DNA of 64,000 nt, taken from the NCBI GenBank assembly GCA_021324535.1, contig JAJPIU010000203.1:5366-69365 (forward strand). The letters run 5' to 3'. Positions 44,042-52,855 of the stretch are shown here, in pieces. This stretch comes from Pseudomonadota bacterium (GTDB taxonomy: Bacteria > Chloroflexota > Ktedonobacteria > Ktedonobacterales > JADMIN01). Below the pieces are notes generated by a model, which had not been told where the DNA came from, did not search any database, and was given only the letters and a program-made list of their open reading frames with translations. A program made the translations under genes and the position numbers. Numbering within the stretch: position 1 is the stretch's first letter; each line of letters opens with the position of its first letter.

Positions 44042-44560
44042 CTAGAGGCGCTGGTACATGATATGCAGGCCAACCAGGCCGTAGCGCGGATGGTTGAATG
44101 CCTCGGGAACCGTGGCAAGAATCTTGAAGCCGAGCGACTGCCAGAGTTGTACCGCTGCGGTATTCGTCTCTACCACCGCGTTGAACTGCATGCTGTGGTA
44201 GCCTGCCTCGCGCGCCCAGTTGATGACGTACTCACCCAATGCGCGTCCGATACCTCTCCCCTGCTGAGTAGGATCGACCATAAAGCTTGCCGTCGCTACA
44301 TGCGCGCCGCGCCCTGGACGATTGGGGCCAACCTTGGCCGAACCAAGGACAGTATCATCTTCAACCGCCACGACTGTTTGCCCTGGCGGCTCTTCCATCC
44401 AGAGGGAGCGGGCAACCTCTTTATCAGGCGGTTCAGGATAGGCGTAGGTCTCGCCTGCGGAAACAATCTGCGCATAAAACGGCCAGATGCGCCGCCAGTC
44501 GTCGCTCAGCGCGGGCCTGATAAGTAGGGGAGACCGGTCGGAACCTGTGGTATCGTTCAT
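44042..44560 (-). CDS. GNAT family N-acetyltransferase
   Basis: The acetyl-CoA binding motif QQGRGIGRALGEYVINWAREAGYHSMQFNAV and the overall 172-aa size fit PAT-like GNATs. Confidence 0.85.
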   Translation of the reverse strand: MNDTTGSDRSPLLIRPALSDDWRRIWPFYAQIVSAGETYAYPEPPDKEVARSLWMEEPPGQTVVAVEDDTVLGSAKVGPNRPGRGAHVATASFMVDPTQQGRGIGRALGEYVINWAREAGYHSMQFNAVVETNTAAVQLWQSLGFKILATVPEAFNHPRYGLVGLHIMYQRL

Positions 44561-44593
44561 AAAAACCTCCTGTCCATCTCGTTCTGTCAGGTG

Positions 44594-47473
44594 TTATACC
44601 AGTGGATTGGCGTCACTGAAGGTCGCTGGTATACGGCGCGAGAGAACAAGATCGGCGGCGCAGCCGATCAGCGGAGCGCCTGACTGTGGCGCATCTGGCG
44701 AACCCAGCGCGGGAGCCGCCGAGTCGAGTGCGGCCAGCCAATCGGCGATCTCCTGGGAGTACGTGCGATTCTCTACGTTCAGGTGCGACCGGCAGATCGC
44801 GGCGTAGCGTTGCGCCTCCGCGAACTTCCCCTGCGCGGCAGCGATACGCGCCAATTTATACGTCGCGTTCACTGCGAGCTTATGGCCGCCGATGATCTCG
44901 CCGATCTCTCGCGCTTCCTCCAGGCAAGCGCGTGCTTCGGCAAACAATGGAGCCAGCCGCTGCAGCGCCTGTGGGTTGTCGTACCATGCCGCGCGCGCCT
45001 GCTTGAGTCGCAGCGCCCCCATAGCGCATAGACTATCGCCTATCAAAAACGGCTGGTCTATCTCACGCGCCAGGCGCAGACATTCCCGCGCGTAGTCGCT
45101 GGCGCAGGCGAACTCGGCCTGTTCACCCATCAGTTCGGTAAGGTTTTCCAGCGCGAGGATCATTCGCGTCGGGTGGCCAATCGCGCGGGCAAGTTCCAGG
45201 CTTTCGAGAAAGAGGCGTTCCGCGTCGTCCATTCGCCCCTGACTCATCGCCGAGGCTCCCAGGTTATTGAGCAGCGCGCTCATCCGCTGGCGCAGCCCAT
45301 GTGCGCGCGCCAACGCCAATCCCTCGTGGAGCAACGCCTCGCCAGCCGCATATTCGCCCCGCATGATAGCCTTGCCTCCCATGTTTTGCAAGAGCATACA
45401 GATCGTTTCGCTATCATGCGCGCGATGCGCCCAGGTCAGACCCAGCCGATAGAGCGCGTCGCCCTGAGGGTAGCGCCCCATGCTATCGGACACCTCGCCC
45501 AGCAGGCGGTAAATCTCGCCCAGGCGGCGGGCGTCGCGGTGAGCATGCGCCAGCGCCAGCTTCAACGATTCCTCGGCGAGTGTATGGTCGCCCGCGCTCA
45601 TCGCCGCCTCGCCCTGGCAGACATAGAACGAGCTGATCAGCGATTCACGCCGACGTGCGCGCTCATCATTCGCTTCTTCACTCAACTCAAGATGATCGAA
45701 CTGCTCGATATGCGCCAGACCACGCTGGCAGGCGGCGGTGGCGGCGGTGTGGCGGCCATAGCGCAAGGCGAGGCGCGCTAACCCCAGTTCGGCCCGCGCA
45801 TGCAGCATCGCTATCTCAAACGAATCGCTTGTGTTCTCATCTTGCTCAGAAATGCTCGTGAGTGAGCGCAACGCAGCATTTAGCGAATCCTCAGCAACGG
45901 CATAGCGCCCGCGCGCTTCGAGATACCCGGCGAAGGCAATGCCTCCGCGCGCTGCCGCAAGCGCCATTCCCTGCCGACGCGCGCTCTGAATCGCCAACGC
46001 GATGTTGTCGGCCTCCGGTTCGAGCAACGCATACTCGTGTTCGTGCGCCTCCGTATAGGCCACATAATAGAGTGCCGCGCGCCTGGCAACAGCGGCGGAG
46101 ACTGACGCCACATCGGTGGACGTTTCATCCTCGCCAACCACCTGCGCGTAGTCATGCGCCGTCTGGTGGAGGGTATATCGCCCCGCGCCGACGCTTTCGA
46201 GCAGACCGGCGTCAACCAATTCGTCGAGCGTCTCGTGCGTGGCCGCGCTGAGCGCCAATGCGGCCTCTTCGGTAAAGCTGTTTGGCTTGGCTGGCAGATA
46301 CGCCAGCGCAGAGAGCGCCCGCCGCGCCGCCGGAGTGAGGGCCGCCGCGCTCATGGCGAGCGCCACCTGTAACGATTGCGCGGCGCCAACCGCCATGCCG
46401 GGTGGCGTTTCCACTGGCGCATATGGGCGCGCCAGACGGAGACGTTTCTCGGCCTGGCGGAGCGAGGCCAGCGCGGCGCTCAGGCGGCGTGGCTGCCCGC
46501 TCTGCGCCTGGATATGCAGATAGGCGCCCATCAATGTCAGCGCCAGCGGCAGGCCACCCACCGCCCGCGCCAGCTCACGTGCCTCGGCCTCGCCCGCGTC
46601 ATTGCAGGTGATGGCGTTTGGGGCAAGCGTGCGCAGCAACGTAGCGCCAGCGTCTTCGTCGAGTTCGCGCACCTGGTATGCGCCATAGGGAGCGAACTGC
46701 CAGCCAAGCGCCGGAAAGCGTGACGTGACAAGGTGCGCGCAGTGTGGGCCACCAATCACCAGCGTCAGCGCGTCTTCGAGCCGCCAGGCGTCGTCAATCA
46801 CCAACAGCAGCCGACGCGCGCCAATCGTCGCACGGATCGCGCGACCCAACGCCTCGATGGTGGTAGCGCGCGCCAGCGTGTCGGCGCTCATACCCAATGC
46901 GGCCCCCCACGCGCCAAGCAGGCTGAGCGTGTCTGGCGTTGGCCCTAGACCGGCCCAGAGCACACCGTCGGGGAAAAGCGCGCGTATCTCAGCGTCGTGC
47001 GCCAGCGCCGTCGCCAGGGTTGTTTTGCCGACGCCGGGCAAGCCGGTCAGCGCAAGCGAGGTGGGAAAGGTCGCCTGCGCAAGCAGTCGTTTCACTTGTC
47101 GAAGATCGTCAGCGCGCCCGATCAAACCACAGACCGGCGCAGCCGCCACAGGCGCCCCAAAGAAAAGTGGCTCCCGACTGCCAGACACAAGGAAATCACT
47201 GCCCAAAGTGGCGATTTGCGCTGACTGTGATACAGGCTGAGGAGCCTCCGCCAACCCCAACGCTTCGGCGCTTTGCTGGAATGTGTCGCAGAGCAACCGC
47301 CGAAAATAGACGCCAGGGTGAGCTTCCCCGCGCTCCCAGCGACCAACCGTCAGCACGCTGACGCCAACTCGTTCGGCCAGCTCTTCTTGCGTCCAGCCGC
47401 ATTGTTCGCGCGCCTGCCTGAGCCACACGTTGGGGCGGCGCGCCGTCTCCTGTTTTTTCTTTGCCACACCCAT
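44594..47473 (-). CDS. XRE-HTH + NB-ARC/STAND P-loop NTPase + TPR regulator
   Basis: N-terminal HTH WLRQAREQCGWTQEELAERVGVSVLTVGRWERG, Walker A GLPGVGKTTLA, Walker B LLVIDDAW, and about 550 aa of TPR-like repeats. The start at 47473 (GGAAGG SD) is preferred over 47572. Confidence 0.85.
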   Translation of the reverse strand: MGVAKKKQETARRPNVWLRQAREQCGWTQEELAERVGVSVLTVGRWERGEAHPGVYFRRLLCDTFQQSAEALGLAEAPQPVSQSAQIATLGSDFLVSGSREPLFFGAPVAAAPVCGLIGRADDLRQVKRLLAQATFPTSLALTGLPGVGKTTLATALAHDAEIRALFPDGVLWAGLGPTPDTLSLLGAWGAALGMSADTLARATTIEALGRAIRATIGARRLLLVIDDAWRLEDALTLVIGGPHCAHLVTSRFPALGWQFAPYGAYQVRELDEDAGATLLRTLAPNAITCNDAGEAEARELARAVGGLPLALTLMGAYLHIQAQSGQPRRLSAALASLRQAEKRLRLARPYAPVETPPGMAVGAAQSLQVALAMSAAALTPAARRALSALAYLPAKPNSFTEEAALALSAATHETLDELVDAGLLESVGAGRYTLHQTAHDYAQVVGEDETSTDVASVSAAVARRAALYYVAYTEAHEHEYALLEPEADNIALAIQSARRQGMALAAARGGIAFAGYLEARGRYAVAEDSLNAALRSLTSISEQDENTSDSFEIAMLHARAELGLARLALRYGRHTAATAACQRGLAHIEQFDHLELSEEANDERARRRESLISSFYVCQGEAAMSAGDHTLAEESLKLALAHAHRDARRLGEIYRLLGEVSDSMGRYPQGDALYRLGLTWAHRAHDSETICMLLQNMGGKAIMRGEYAAGEALLHEGLALARAHGLRQRMSALLNNLGASAMSQGRMDDAERLFLESLELARAIGHPTRMILALENLTELMGEQAEFACASDYARECLRLAREIDQPFLIGDSLCAMGALRLKQARAAWYDNPQALQRLAPLFAEARACLEEAREIGEIIGGHKLAVNATYKLARIAAAQGKFAEAQRYAAICRSHLNVENRTYSQEIADWLAALDSAAPALGSPDAPQSGAPLIGCAADLVLSRRIPATFSDANPLV

Positions 47474-47631
47474 ACCTTCCCATCCATCCAGACATTCGCT
47501 GTTAGACCGTGAGGCTACACGCCCTTGGCTTCTTTGTTTGTCCAGACGGCTCCCCTCTGCTAGAGTTAACACACGCCAGAGGGCGGTCAGGCGACATTAT
47601 TCTACCATACGTTGTCCAGGTGGGCTATCAC

Positions 47632-48576
47632 TCATTTTGAGCAATCGGGTGGGAGGAAGAACGAGAGGCTGGCAGCCGGACGCATGCCAGGCGCGCACAG
47701 CGAATAGAGTCCGACCAGAAGGTCTTCGATGTCGAACGGCTTGGGCAGATACGCGGCGCCAAGACGCGCCAGGGGGGCGCTGACCTGTCGCAGGTGATAA
47801 GGCGCCATCCCGCTCACCACCAGCCGTCCTCGCGGCAGAAGCCTCTCGGCGCCCAGCAAGCCATCGAGCAATCGCCGTGCGCCCGCTTCGCGCAGGAGCG
47901 CCACGTCTGTTGATGAGCCATTCTGGCGCGCGGCATGGCTCTGGAGATCGCGTACGCTGAGATCCATGATCAGCGCGTCAAAGGGGGCATGTTCACGTTG
48001 GGCGGCTTCGAGCGCCCCCAGGCATTCATCGAGCGTAGAGACCACCCGTGCCTCATAGCGCGCGGCGTAGCTCGGCTCATGCGTCGCCTCGGCCAGCGCC
48101 AGCCGGTAGATGTCAATAATATCAGAGTCGTTCTCAAGGATGAGCACGCGATAGGACGCCAGCTTGTGAAGTCGGGCAGCCGTGCCCCCTCTCGGCGCTG
48201 GCTTTCGCATGATTGGCTGCGCTGACGATGGCGTGGGCGGGCGCGCCTGCGTCGCTGCTTCTGGGGCGCCACGCTCTTCCAGCGTCTCGAGCGCATTCAG
48301 CCAGACCAGGAGGCGCATGCGCAGCCGTGCGGCCACGCGCGTTGTCATCCCTGAAGCGGGCGCCGATCCGGCGATTTTCAGTGCGCGTGTGATGGTCGCC
48401 CTACTTACACCAAAGAGGCTGGCCAGCGCCTTCACGGTATAGCCATGCCGGAGACGACGGGCAGTCAGAGTCTCCGCCAGGGCGCGGAGCGCGGCAAGAT
48501 TATCTTCGTCGGCCTCTGCGGCGTATGCGGCTTGGGGCACGCCGACTGTGTGTCGTCGGCGCTGCCGCAGCTCCAT
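47632..48576 (-). CDS. Atypical response-regulator-like protein (N-terminal HTH, C-terminal receiver domain)
   Basis: HTH: YTVKALASLFGVSRATITRALKIAG. Receiver-like C-terminus: RVLILENDSD...DALIMDLSVRD...LVVSGMA...YLPKPF. Same strand as the STAND gene and immediately upstream of it. Confidence 0.65.
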   Translation of the reverse strand: MELRQRRRHTVGVPQAAYAAEADEDNLAALRALAETLTARRLRHGYTVKALASLFGVSRATITRALKIAGSAPASGMTTRVAARLRMRLLVWLNALETLEERGAPEAATQARPPTPSSAQPIMRKPAPRGGTAARLHKLASYRVLILENDSDIIDIYRLALAEATHEPSYAARYEARVVSTLDECLGALEAAQREHAPFDALIMDLSVRDLQSHAARQNGSSTDVALLREAGARRLLDGLLGAERLLPRGRLVVSGMAPYHLRQVSAPLARLGAAYLPKPFDIEDLLVGLYSLCAPGMRPAASLSFFLPPDCSK

Positions 48577-48803
48577 CACAGCAGTCTGCGTGTTGGCGGC
48601 TTCCTCAGCATAGCGCCCACCACCCACTGCAAGGGTCGCCCGCGCCGTAGGGTTTCTTCGTCCGCATGCCCCCATCCTGCGCCATCCTCTCCCCAATCAT
48701 CATCCCACGATCCTACGACGTCTATGTGCTTGCAGCAAATGTCGCAAATGTAGCCCTGCATACCCTGCGCCATGCGGCAGGCGAAAAGGGCGTGCGCAAA
48801 TAG

Positions 48804-48838
48804 TATACCATAGTATTTTATAATATACCATGGTATTT
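48804..48838. promoter_or_regulatory. Two copies of TATACCAT(A/G)GTATTT spaced 20 bp apart, candidate operators
   Basis: Read directly. The second copy contains the perfect 12-bp palindrome ATACCATGGTAT. They lie in the AT-rich divergent region between the HTH-REC gene and padR. Confidence 0.5.
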
Positions 48839-48871
48839 AGCATGTCATTGGACTTTTTGTCCGACGAAGGG

Positions 48872-48901
48872 TTGACATTGGCGACATACGCATGTTACTA
48901 T
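48872..48901 (+). promoter_or_regulatory. Sigma-70-like promoter upstream of padR (TTGACA - 17/18 nt - TACTAT)
   Basis: Read directly. The spacer contains an ACAT-N4-ATGT dyad. Confidence 0.5.
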
Positions 48902-48962
48902 ATAGCTATACTTAGTAAGTATTACAATATATCGTGTGACTACTGAGCAAAGGAAAAGGTGT

Positions 48963-49280
48963 ATGCCATCCGAGTTCAATGACCTGGGGCGCTTCACCGA
49001 TGTCGCCTTGCTTATCCTGTTGAGCCTGGCGGGCGGCGAGAAGCATGGGTACGCCATGATGGAAGACATCGCCCAGTTCAGCGGCGTGACCTTCGAGGCT
49101 GGCACGCTGTATGGCGCGTTGCTGCGGCTGGAACGCAAAGGCTGGATTACCGCGCTGCCCGCCGAGGATCGGCGACACCCCTACCGACTGACCGCCGAGG
49201 GCGCCATCGTGCTGCGCCAGCGATTGGCCACGCTCCGCCAGATCGTCGCGACGGGCGACGCGCGCCAGGCGTTGGCCTGA
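48963..49280 (+). CDS. PadR family transcriptional regulator
   Basis: LLILLSLAGGEKHGYAMMEDIAQFSGVTFEAGTLYGALLRLERKGWI is the PadR winged-helix signature. The track ORF starts at 48936. Confidence 0.9.
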   Translation: MPSEFNDLGRFTDVALLILLSLAGGEKHGYAMMEDIAQFSGVTFEAGTLYGALLRLERKGWITALPAEDRRHPYRLTAEGAIVLRQRLATLRQIVATGDARQALA

Positions 49281-49303
49281 ACTGACACATAAGGACAGCA
49301 TTT

Positions 49304-50266
49304 ATGAACAACATCTCGAACGCCTCACAGAGCGCATCCCAGCAGGCGCAACCAGACAAGCCGGACGGGTTGGCGCTGCGGCTGGCGCGCGGCGCGTTGC
49401 GGCTCTATCCCGCAGCCTGGCGCGCCCGCTACGCCGAAGAGGTGACGCTGGTCTTGCGTGCAAGCCATGTGACTGGCTGGACGCTTATTGATCTTGCCCT
49501 GGGCGCGCTCGACGCCCACTTTCACCGCGAACTCTTGCCAGGGAGGCTCCTTTCAATGGCCCATCGTCTTCGCACCAGCGACATCGTGATCTTTTGTGGC
49601 TATATGCTCTATGCGCTCGCCTGGGCGGCAATGACTTTCGTGCGCGATCCACTACCCGAGTGGGAACGCGCGACGGCGGCGCATCCCACTTTGCTCTTGG
49701 CATATGACACGATGGATCTCGCAGGTCTCGTGGCGACACTGGCGTTTCTGGCCGGTGGCCTGCCCATCCTGTGGAGCGTGATAGCCCAGACGTTGCGCAG
49801 ACGCCAGCCGAGGGTGATCTTTGCGCTGCTGGCGCCAGTCGCGCTGGTGGTCATCTTCGTCGTGTTTGCCCTGCTCACTGTCCAATACTCCACTACGACC
49901 GTGCCACACACACAGAACGGCCAACTGACGCCGCTAGCCTTCGCGCTACAAATGGCGTTGCTGCTGCTCTTCCTGCTGACATTCGTCGGGGGCATTGCCG
50001 CCATGTCCTATGCTGTGGCGCATAGTGAGGTAAGCGAACGCCTGTTGCGCTACACGCTAATTCCTGGCGCAGTCGTCACGCTGGCGCTGATCTTCGGGCT
50101 GCTGACGACGGTGGCGCTCAGTGTGGTGATCGCTACCGAGGCGCCTGAGGTGGCGTCGTCGTTTGGCCAGCCAATCGTCATCATCATGATGCTGGCGGGT
50201 GTGGCGCTGGCTGTCAGCGCGCTCTGGCGTGGGCTACGCGCGGCGCGCGGAGGGGCGGGCGCGTGA
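49304..50266 (+). CDS. Hypothetical polytopic membrane protein co-transcribed with PadR
   Basis: 320 aa with about 6 predicted TM helices, located 23 nt after padR. A PadR gene followed by a membrane-protein gene is a common arrangement. Confidence 0.65.
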   Translation: MNNISNASQSASQQAQPDKPDGLALRLARGALRLYPAAWRARYAEEVTLVLRASHVTGWTLIDLALGALDAHFHRELLPGRLLSMAHRLRTSDIVIFCGYMLYALAWAAMTFVRDPLPEWERATAAHPTLLLAYDTMDLAGLVATLAFLAGGLPILWSVIAQTLRRRQPRVIFALLAPVALVVIFVVFALLTVQYSTTTVPHTQNGQLTPLAFALQMALLLLFLLTFVGGIAAMSYAVAHSEVSERLLRYTLIPGAVVTLALIFGLLTTVALSVVIATEAPEVASSFGQPIVIIMMLAGVALAVSALWRGLRAARGGAGA

Positions 50267-50442
50267 ACGCGCCTCGGGGCTTGCAGCCACAAAGACCGCC
50301 TACGCAGCCTCACCTCATGCAAACCAGGATCGCTGGCGATGCGCGCATCTGACTCACCAACGAGGGCGTTCTGCTGTAGCGCCGCCAGGGATGGCGGCGC
50401 GTGTGGCGTGGACGCAAGCGCCTATCAGGCCGCCCCTACTCC

Positions 50443-51546
50443 CTACGTTGGCAACACATCGCGCCATTGCTTACCGGCGTTTGTTGTCATCGCGACGCCC
50501 AGCGGATACGAGAAGGCGACATAGACAATGGCGGCACTCGACGGGTCAACGGTGAGCGCGCCGGGGTGCTGGCTGGTCGCGGCGGCAGGCGCCCAACTGT
50601 GGCCGCCGTTGGTAGTCGTGTAGATGGTTGTTCCCCCCAGCGCATAGGCGTTTTGCGGAGATTGGTCACTGGCGATGACCGCCGTAAATGTATCGAGCTG
50701 ATCCACCAGCTTGAAGGTCGCGCCATCGTCGTTCGAGACGAACAGCCCCTGGTCGCCTGGCGCATAGATGGTCTGCCCGGCGCGCGAAACAGTGTAAACG
50801 GCCCCCTGAACGCCAGGCGCAGGCGACCAGCTTTGCCCGTTGTTCTGGCTTTCATAGAGGCCGGTCGAGCGGCTCCATAAGAGCAAGTGGCCGGGGTGCG
50901 CCGGATCATCGAGGATGCCGCTAGGGAGGCTGGTGGGTAGCGTTGGCGCGACCTGCCAGTGTGCGCCCGCATCTTGCGAAATATACAAACCATGCGTGCC
51001 CTGCGTCGAATCAATCGCGAAGACCTCACCCGGCCCGCCCGCGCCGACGCCAAAGGAGAAGACCGCGCTATTGGGGAAGTCTGTCAGCGGCGCAGCCAGT
51101 CGCCAGTGCGCGCCCGCGTCATCGCTGAGATAGAGGCCCGGCGTAGCAGGAGCCGAGGCGCTACGGGGGATCGCCAGCACATAAACCCGTTGCGGTTTGA
51201 CCAGACTCTGCGCCAGTTTATAGAGCATCAAGCCGTCAATTGGCTGGTCTACGCCACCCGCGACCTCAGTCCATGTCTGCCCGGCGTTCGTCGTGCGATA
51301 GAGGCCAAAGTGAGTCGCCAGCAGAACAGTATTGGCGACGCCTCGCAACGCCAGGATGTCATGCGTATGATTGAGCGAGCCGCCGTATGCGCTTGATGAA
51401 GTCGAGGAGCCGCCGGTGGTAGAGGCGCACCCTGCCAGCGCCATCGCAAACAGCGCAAGGGCAATAGCGACGCACAGCCAACAGCGTTGCTGGCGTTTCT
51501 GATCGCCTGGCTTCTTCGCCTCATATCGTATGGGAATAGAGTTCAC
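50443..51546 (-). CDS. BNR/Asp-box repeat beta-propeller lipoprotein (Ycf48/sialidase-like fold)
   Basis: Lipobox LALAGC, plus seven SxDxGxTW-type Asp-boxes (TTNAGQTW, SDDAGAHW, SQDAGAHW, SQNNGQSW, SNDDGATF, TTNGGHSW, TTNAGKQW). Confidence 0.85.
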   Translation of the reverse strand: MNSIPIRYEAKKPGDQKRQQRCWLCVAIALALFAMALAGCASTTGGSSTSSSAYGGSLNHTHDILALRGVANTVLLATHFGLYRTTNAGQTWTEVAGGVDQPIDGLMLYKLAQSLVKPQRVYVLAIPRSASAPATPGLYLSDDAGAHWRLAAPLTDFPNSAVFSFGVGAGGPGEVFAIDSTQGTHGLYISQDAGAHWQVAPTLPTSLPSGILDDPAHPGHLLLWSRSTGLYESQNNGQSWSPAPGVQGAVYTVSRAGQTIYAPGDQGLFVSNDDGATFKLVDQLDTFTAVIASDQSPQNAYALGGTTIYTTTNGGHSWAPAAATSQHPGALTVDPSSAAIVYVAFSYPLGVAMTTNAGKQWRDVLPT

Positions 51547-52850
51547 GATGGAGCGCCTTTCCCGGCATCCGACACTGCATGCGCCTGTCTGGAGCGCGCC
51601 TCTTCCACCTTGCGACGCTGTTGTGCGGCGGCCCTCACCAGCGAGAAAATAGACGCGATCATGATCAGCACAATCACCCCAATGACCACCACATCCACCA
51701 GCGCCGTCGTCTGGCTGCTCAACAGCGGGGGATAGGCGCCCGTCACCAGCGCCGAGGGCGCGCCGCCAACTGCGACCACCCCCAACACATGATGCGTGGT
51801 TGCATCGAAGATCGCCACCTGGCCCACGCCACGCTCGGCCACGAAGCCATATGATCCCTCAAACGTGATAGCAACCGCCGCTGGCTCGCCACTGAAAGGC
51901 AGCAAACGCGCCGGTTCGGTGGGCGGCGCGAAGACACCCTGGCCAGGGTCGGCTACCGGCGTCAGCAAAGCCACCTGCCCCGTCGTCTCGTCAGGAACAT
52001 AGACTTGCCCGGTCGCGGCGTCGTAATCCATCACACCTAACCGGTCGCCGGGCGTCTGCCAGATCGTTCCCAGCAGGCGATGCGCGCTCAGGCTGATTGC
52101 CAGCACTGAGCCGACATCAGTCGTCACATAGGCAATGCCACCCGTCGCGGGAATCGTGACAGCTAGCGGCTCGGCAGGTGTGGGGATGGTTGCGAGAACA
52201 CGCCGCTCGTTGACGCCGATCACTGAGACGCTTTTGCTTCCACTGTTGGCGACATAGACCTCCTCATCGGAGGTATTCTGAATGCCGCTATTGGCGGCGG
52301 CCACCGCGACGCCCGTCGGGTGGCCGCCCACTGGAATCGTCTTCGCCACACGCCGCGCATTCGTATCCACGATGGCAAGCGCATTTGAGCCGCTCTCCAC
52401 TATATAGAGGCTGCTCTGGCTGGGATCAATCGCCAGAGCAGTGGGCGCCTTGCCAAGCGGAATCCTCGCGCTGACCTGCCTGGATTGCGCAGTGACGATG
52501 TCAAGCTGATTAGCCGCCTGCTCTGTCACATAGGCGAAGCGGCTATCCAGGCTGAGCACAACGCCTGCGGGCGAGCCGCCAAGCGTAATGTAACCCGTCT
52601 CGCGCTGCTTTGCTATATCTACGATGGCCAGGTCTTGTCCGTTCGCCCCCGCGCCTGCCACATAGACCAGATTGGGCGCTCCACCGTCGGCCAGCGCGTC
52701 GCCAGGGGAAAGCATACAGGCCAGGGTTAGTAGGGGTAGCAACACAACAAAGAGGACAGCAAGACAGACCCCAGAGATGGATGGCAGCCAGCATGTTTGA
52801 GGATGCGCTTGAGGATAGGTATGTCCGGTCGTTGGCCTCTCCGCGCGCAT
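51543..52850 (-). CDS. YVTN-family beta-propeller repeat protein with N- and C-terminal TM anchors
   Basis: Repeated units of the type AYVTEQAANQLDIV, LYIVESGSNALAIVDT, VYVANSGSKSVSVI and AYVTTDVGSVLAI. Its stop overlaps the start of the BNR gene by 4 nt. Confidence 0.85.
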   Translation of the reverse strand: MRAERPTTGHTYPQAHPQTCWLPSISGVCLAVLFVVLLPLLTLACMLSPGDALADGGAPNLVYVAGAGANGQDLAIVDIAKQRETGYITLGGSPAGVVLSLDSRFAYVTEQAANQLDIVTAQSRQVSARIPLGKAPTALAIDPSQSSLYIVESGSNALAIVDTNARRVAKTIPVGGHPTGVAVAAANSGIQNTSDEEVYVANSGSKSVSVIGVNERRVLATIPTPAEPLAVTIPATGGIAYVTTDVGSVLAISLSAHRLLGTIWQTPGDRLGVMDYDAATGQVYVPDETTGQVALLTPVADPGQGVFAPPTEPARLLPFSGEPAAVAITFEGSYGFVAERGVGQVAIFDATTHHVLGVVAVGGAPSALVTGAYPPLLSSQTTALVDVVVIGVIVLIMIASIFSLVRAAAQQRRKVEEARSRQAHAVSDAGKGAPS

Positions 52851-52855
52851 GAATA

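Noticed and set aside
44594-47473. HTH-STAND-TPR protein considered as an Avs/NLR-like antiphage sensor.
   Set aside because: Its N-terminal module is an XRE DNA-binding domain rather than a nuclease, protease, TIR or other effector domain, and the surrounding genes are housekeeping. A MalT/AfsR-like transcriptional switch is the better default. It is kept as a moderate-interest finding only because of the adjacent HTH-REC gene.
50379-50400. GC-rich hairpin GCGCCGCC-agggat-GGCGGCGC between the convergent membrane-protein and BNR genes, considered as a terminator.
   Set aside because: There is no U-tract on either strand, and such GC-only stems arise easily in this composition. It is noted but not called as a feature.
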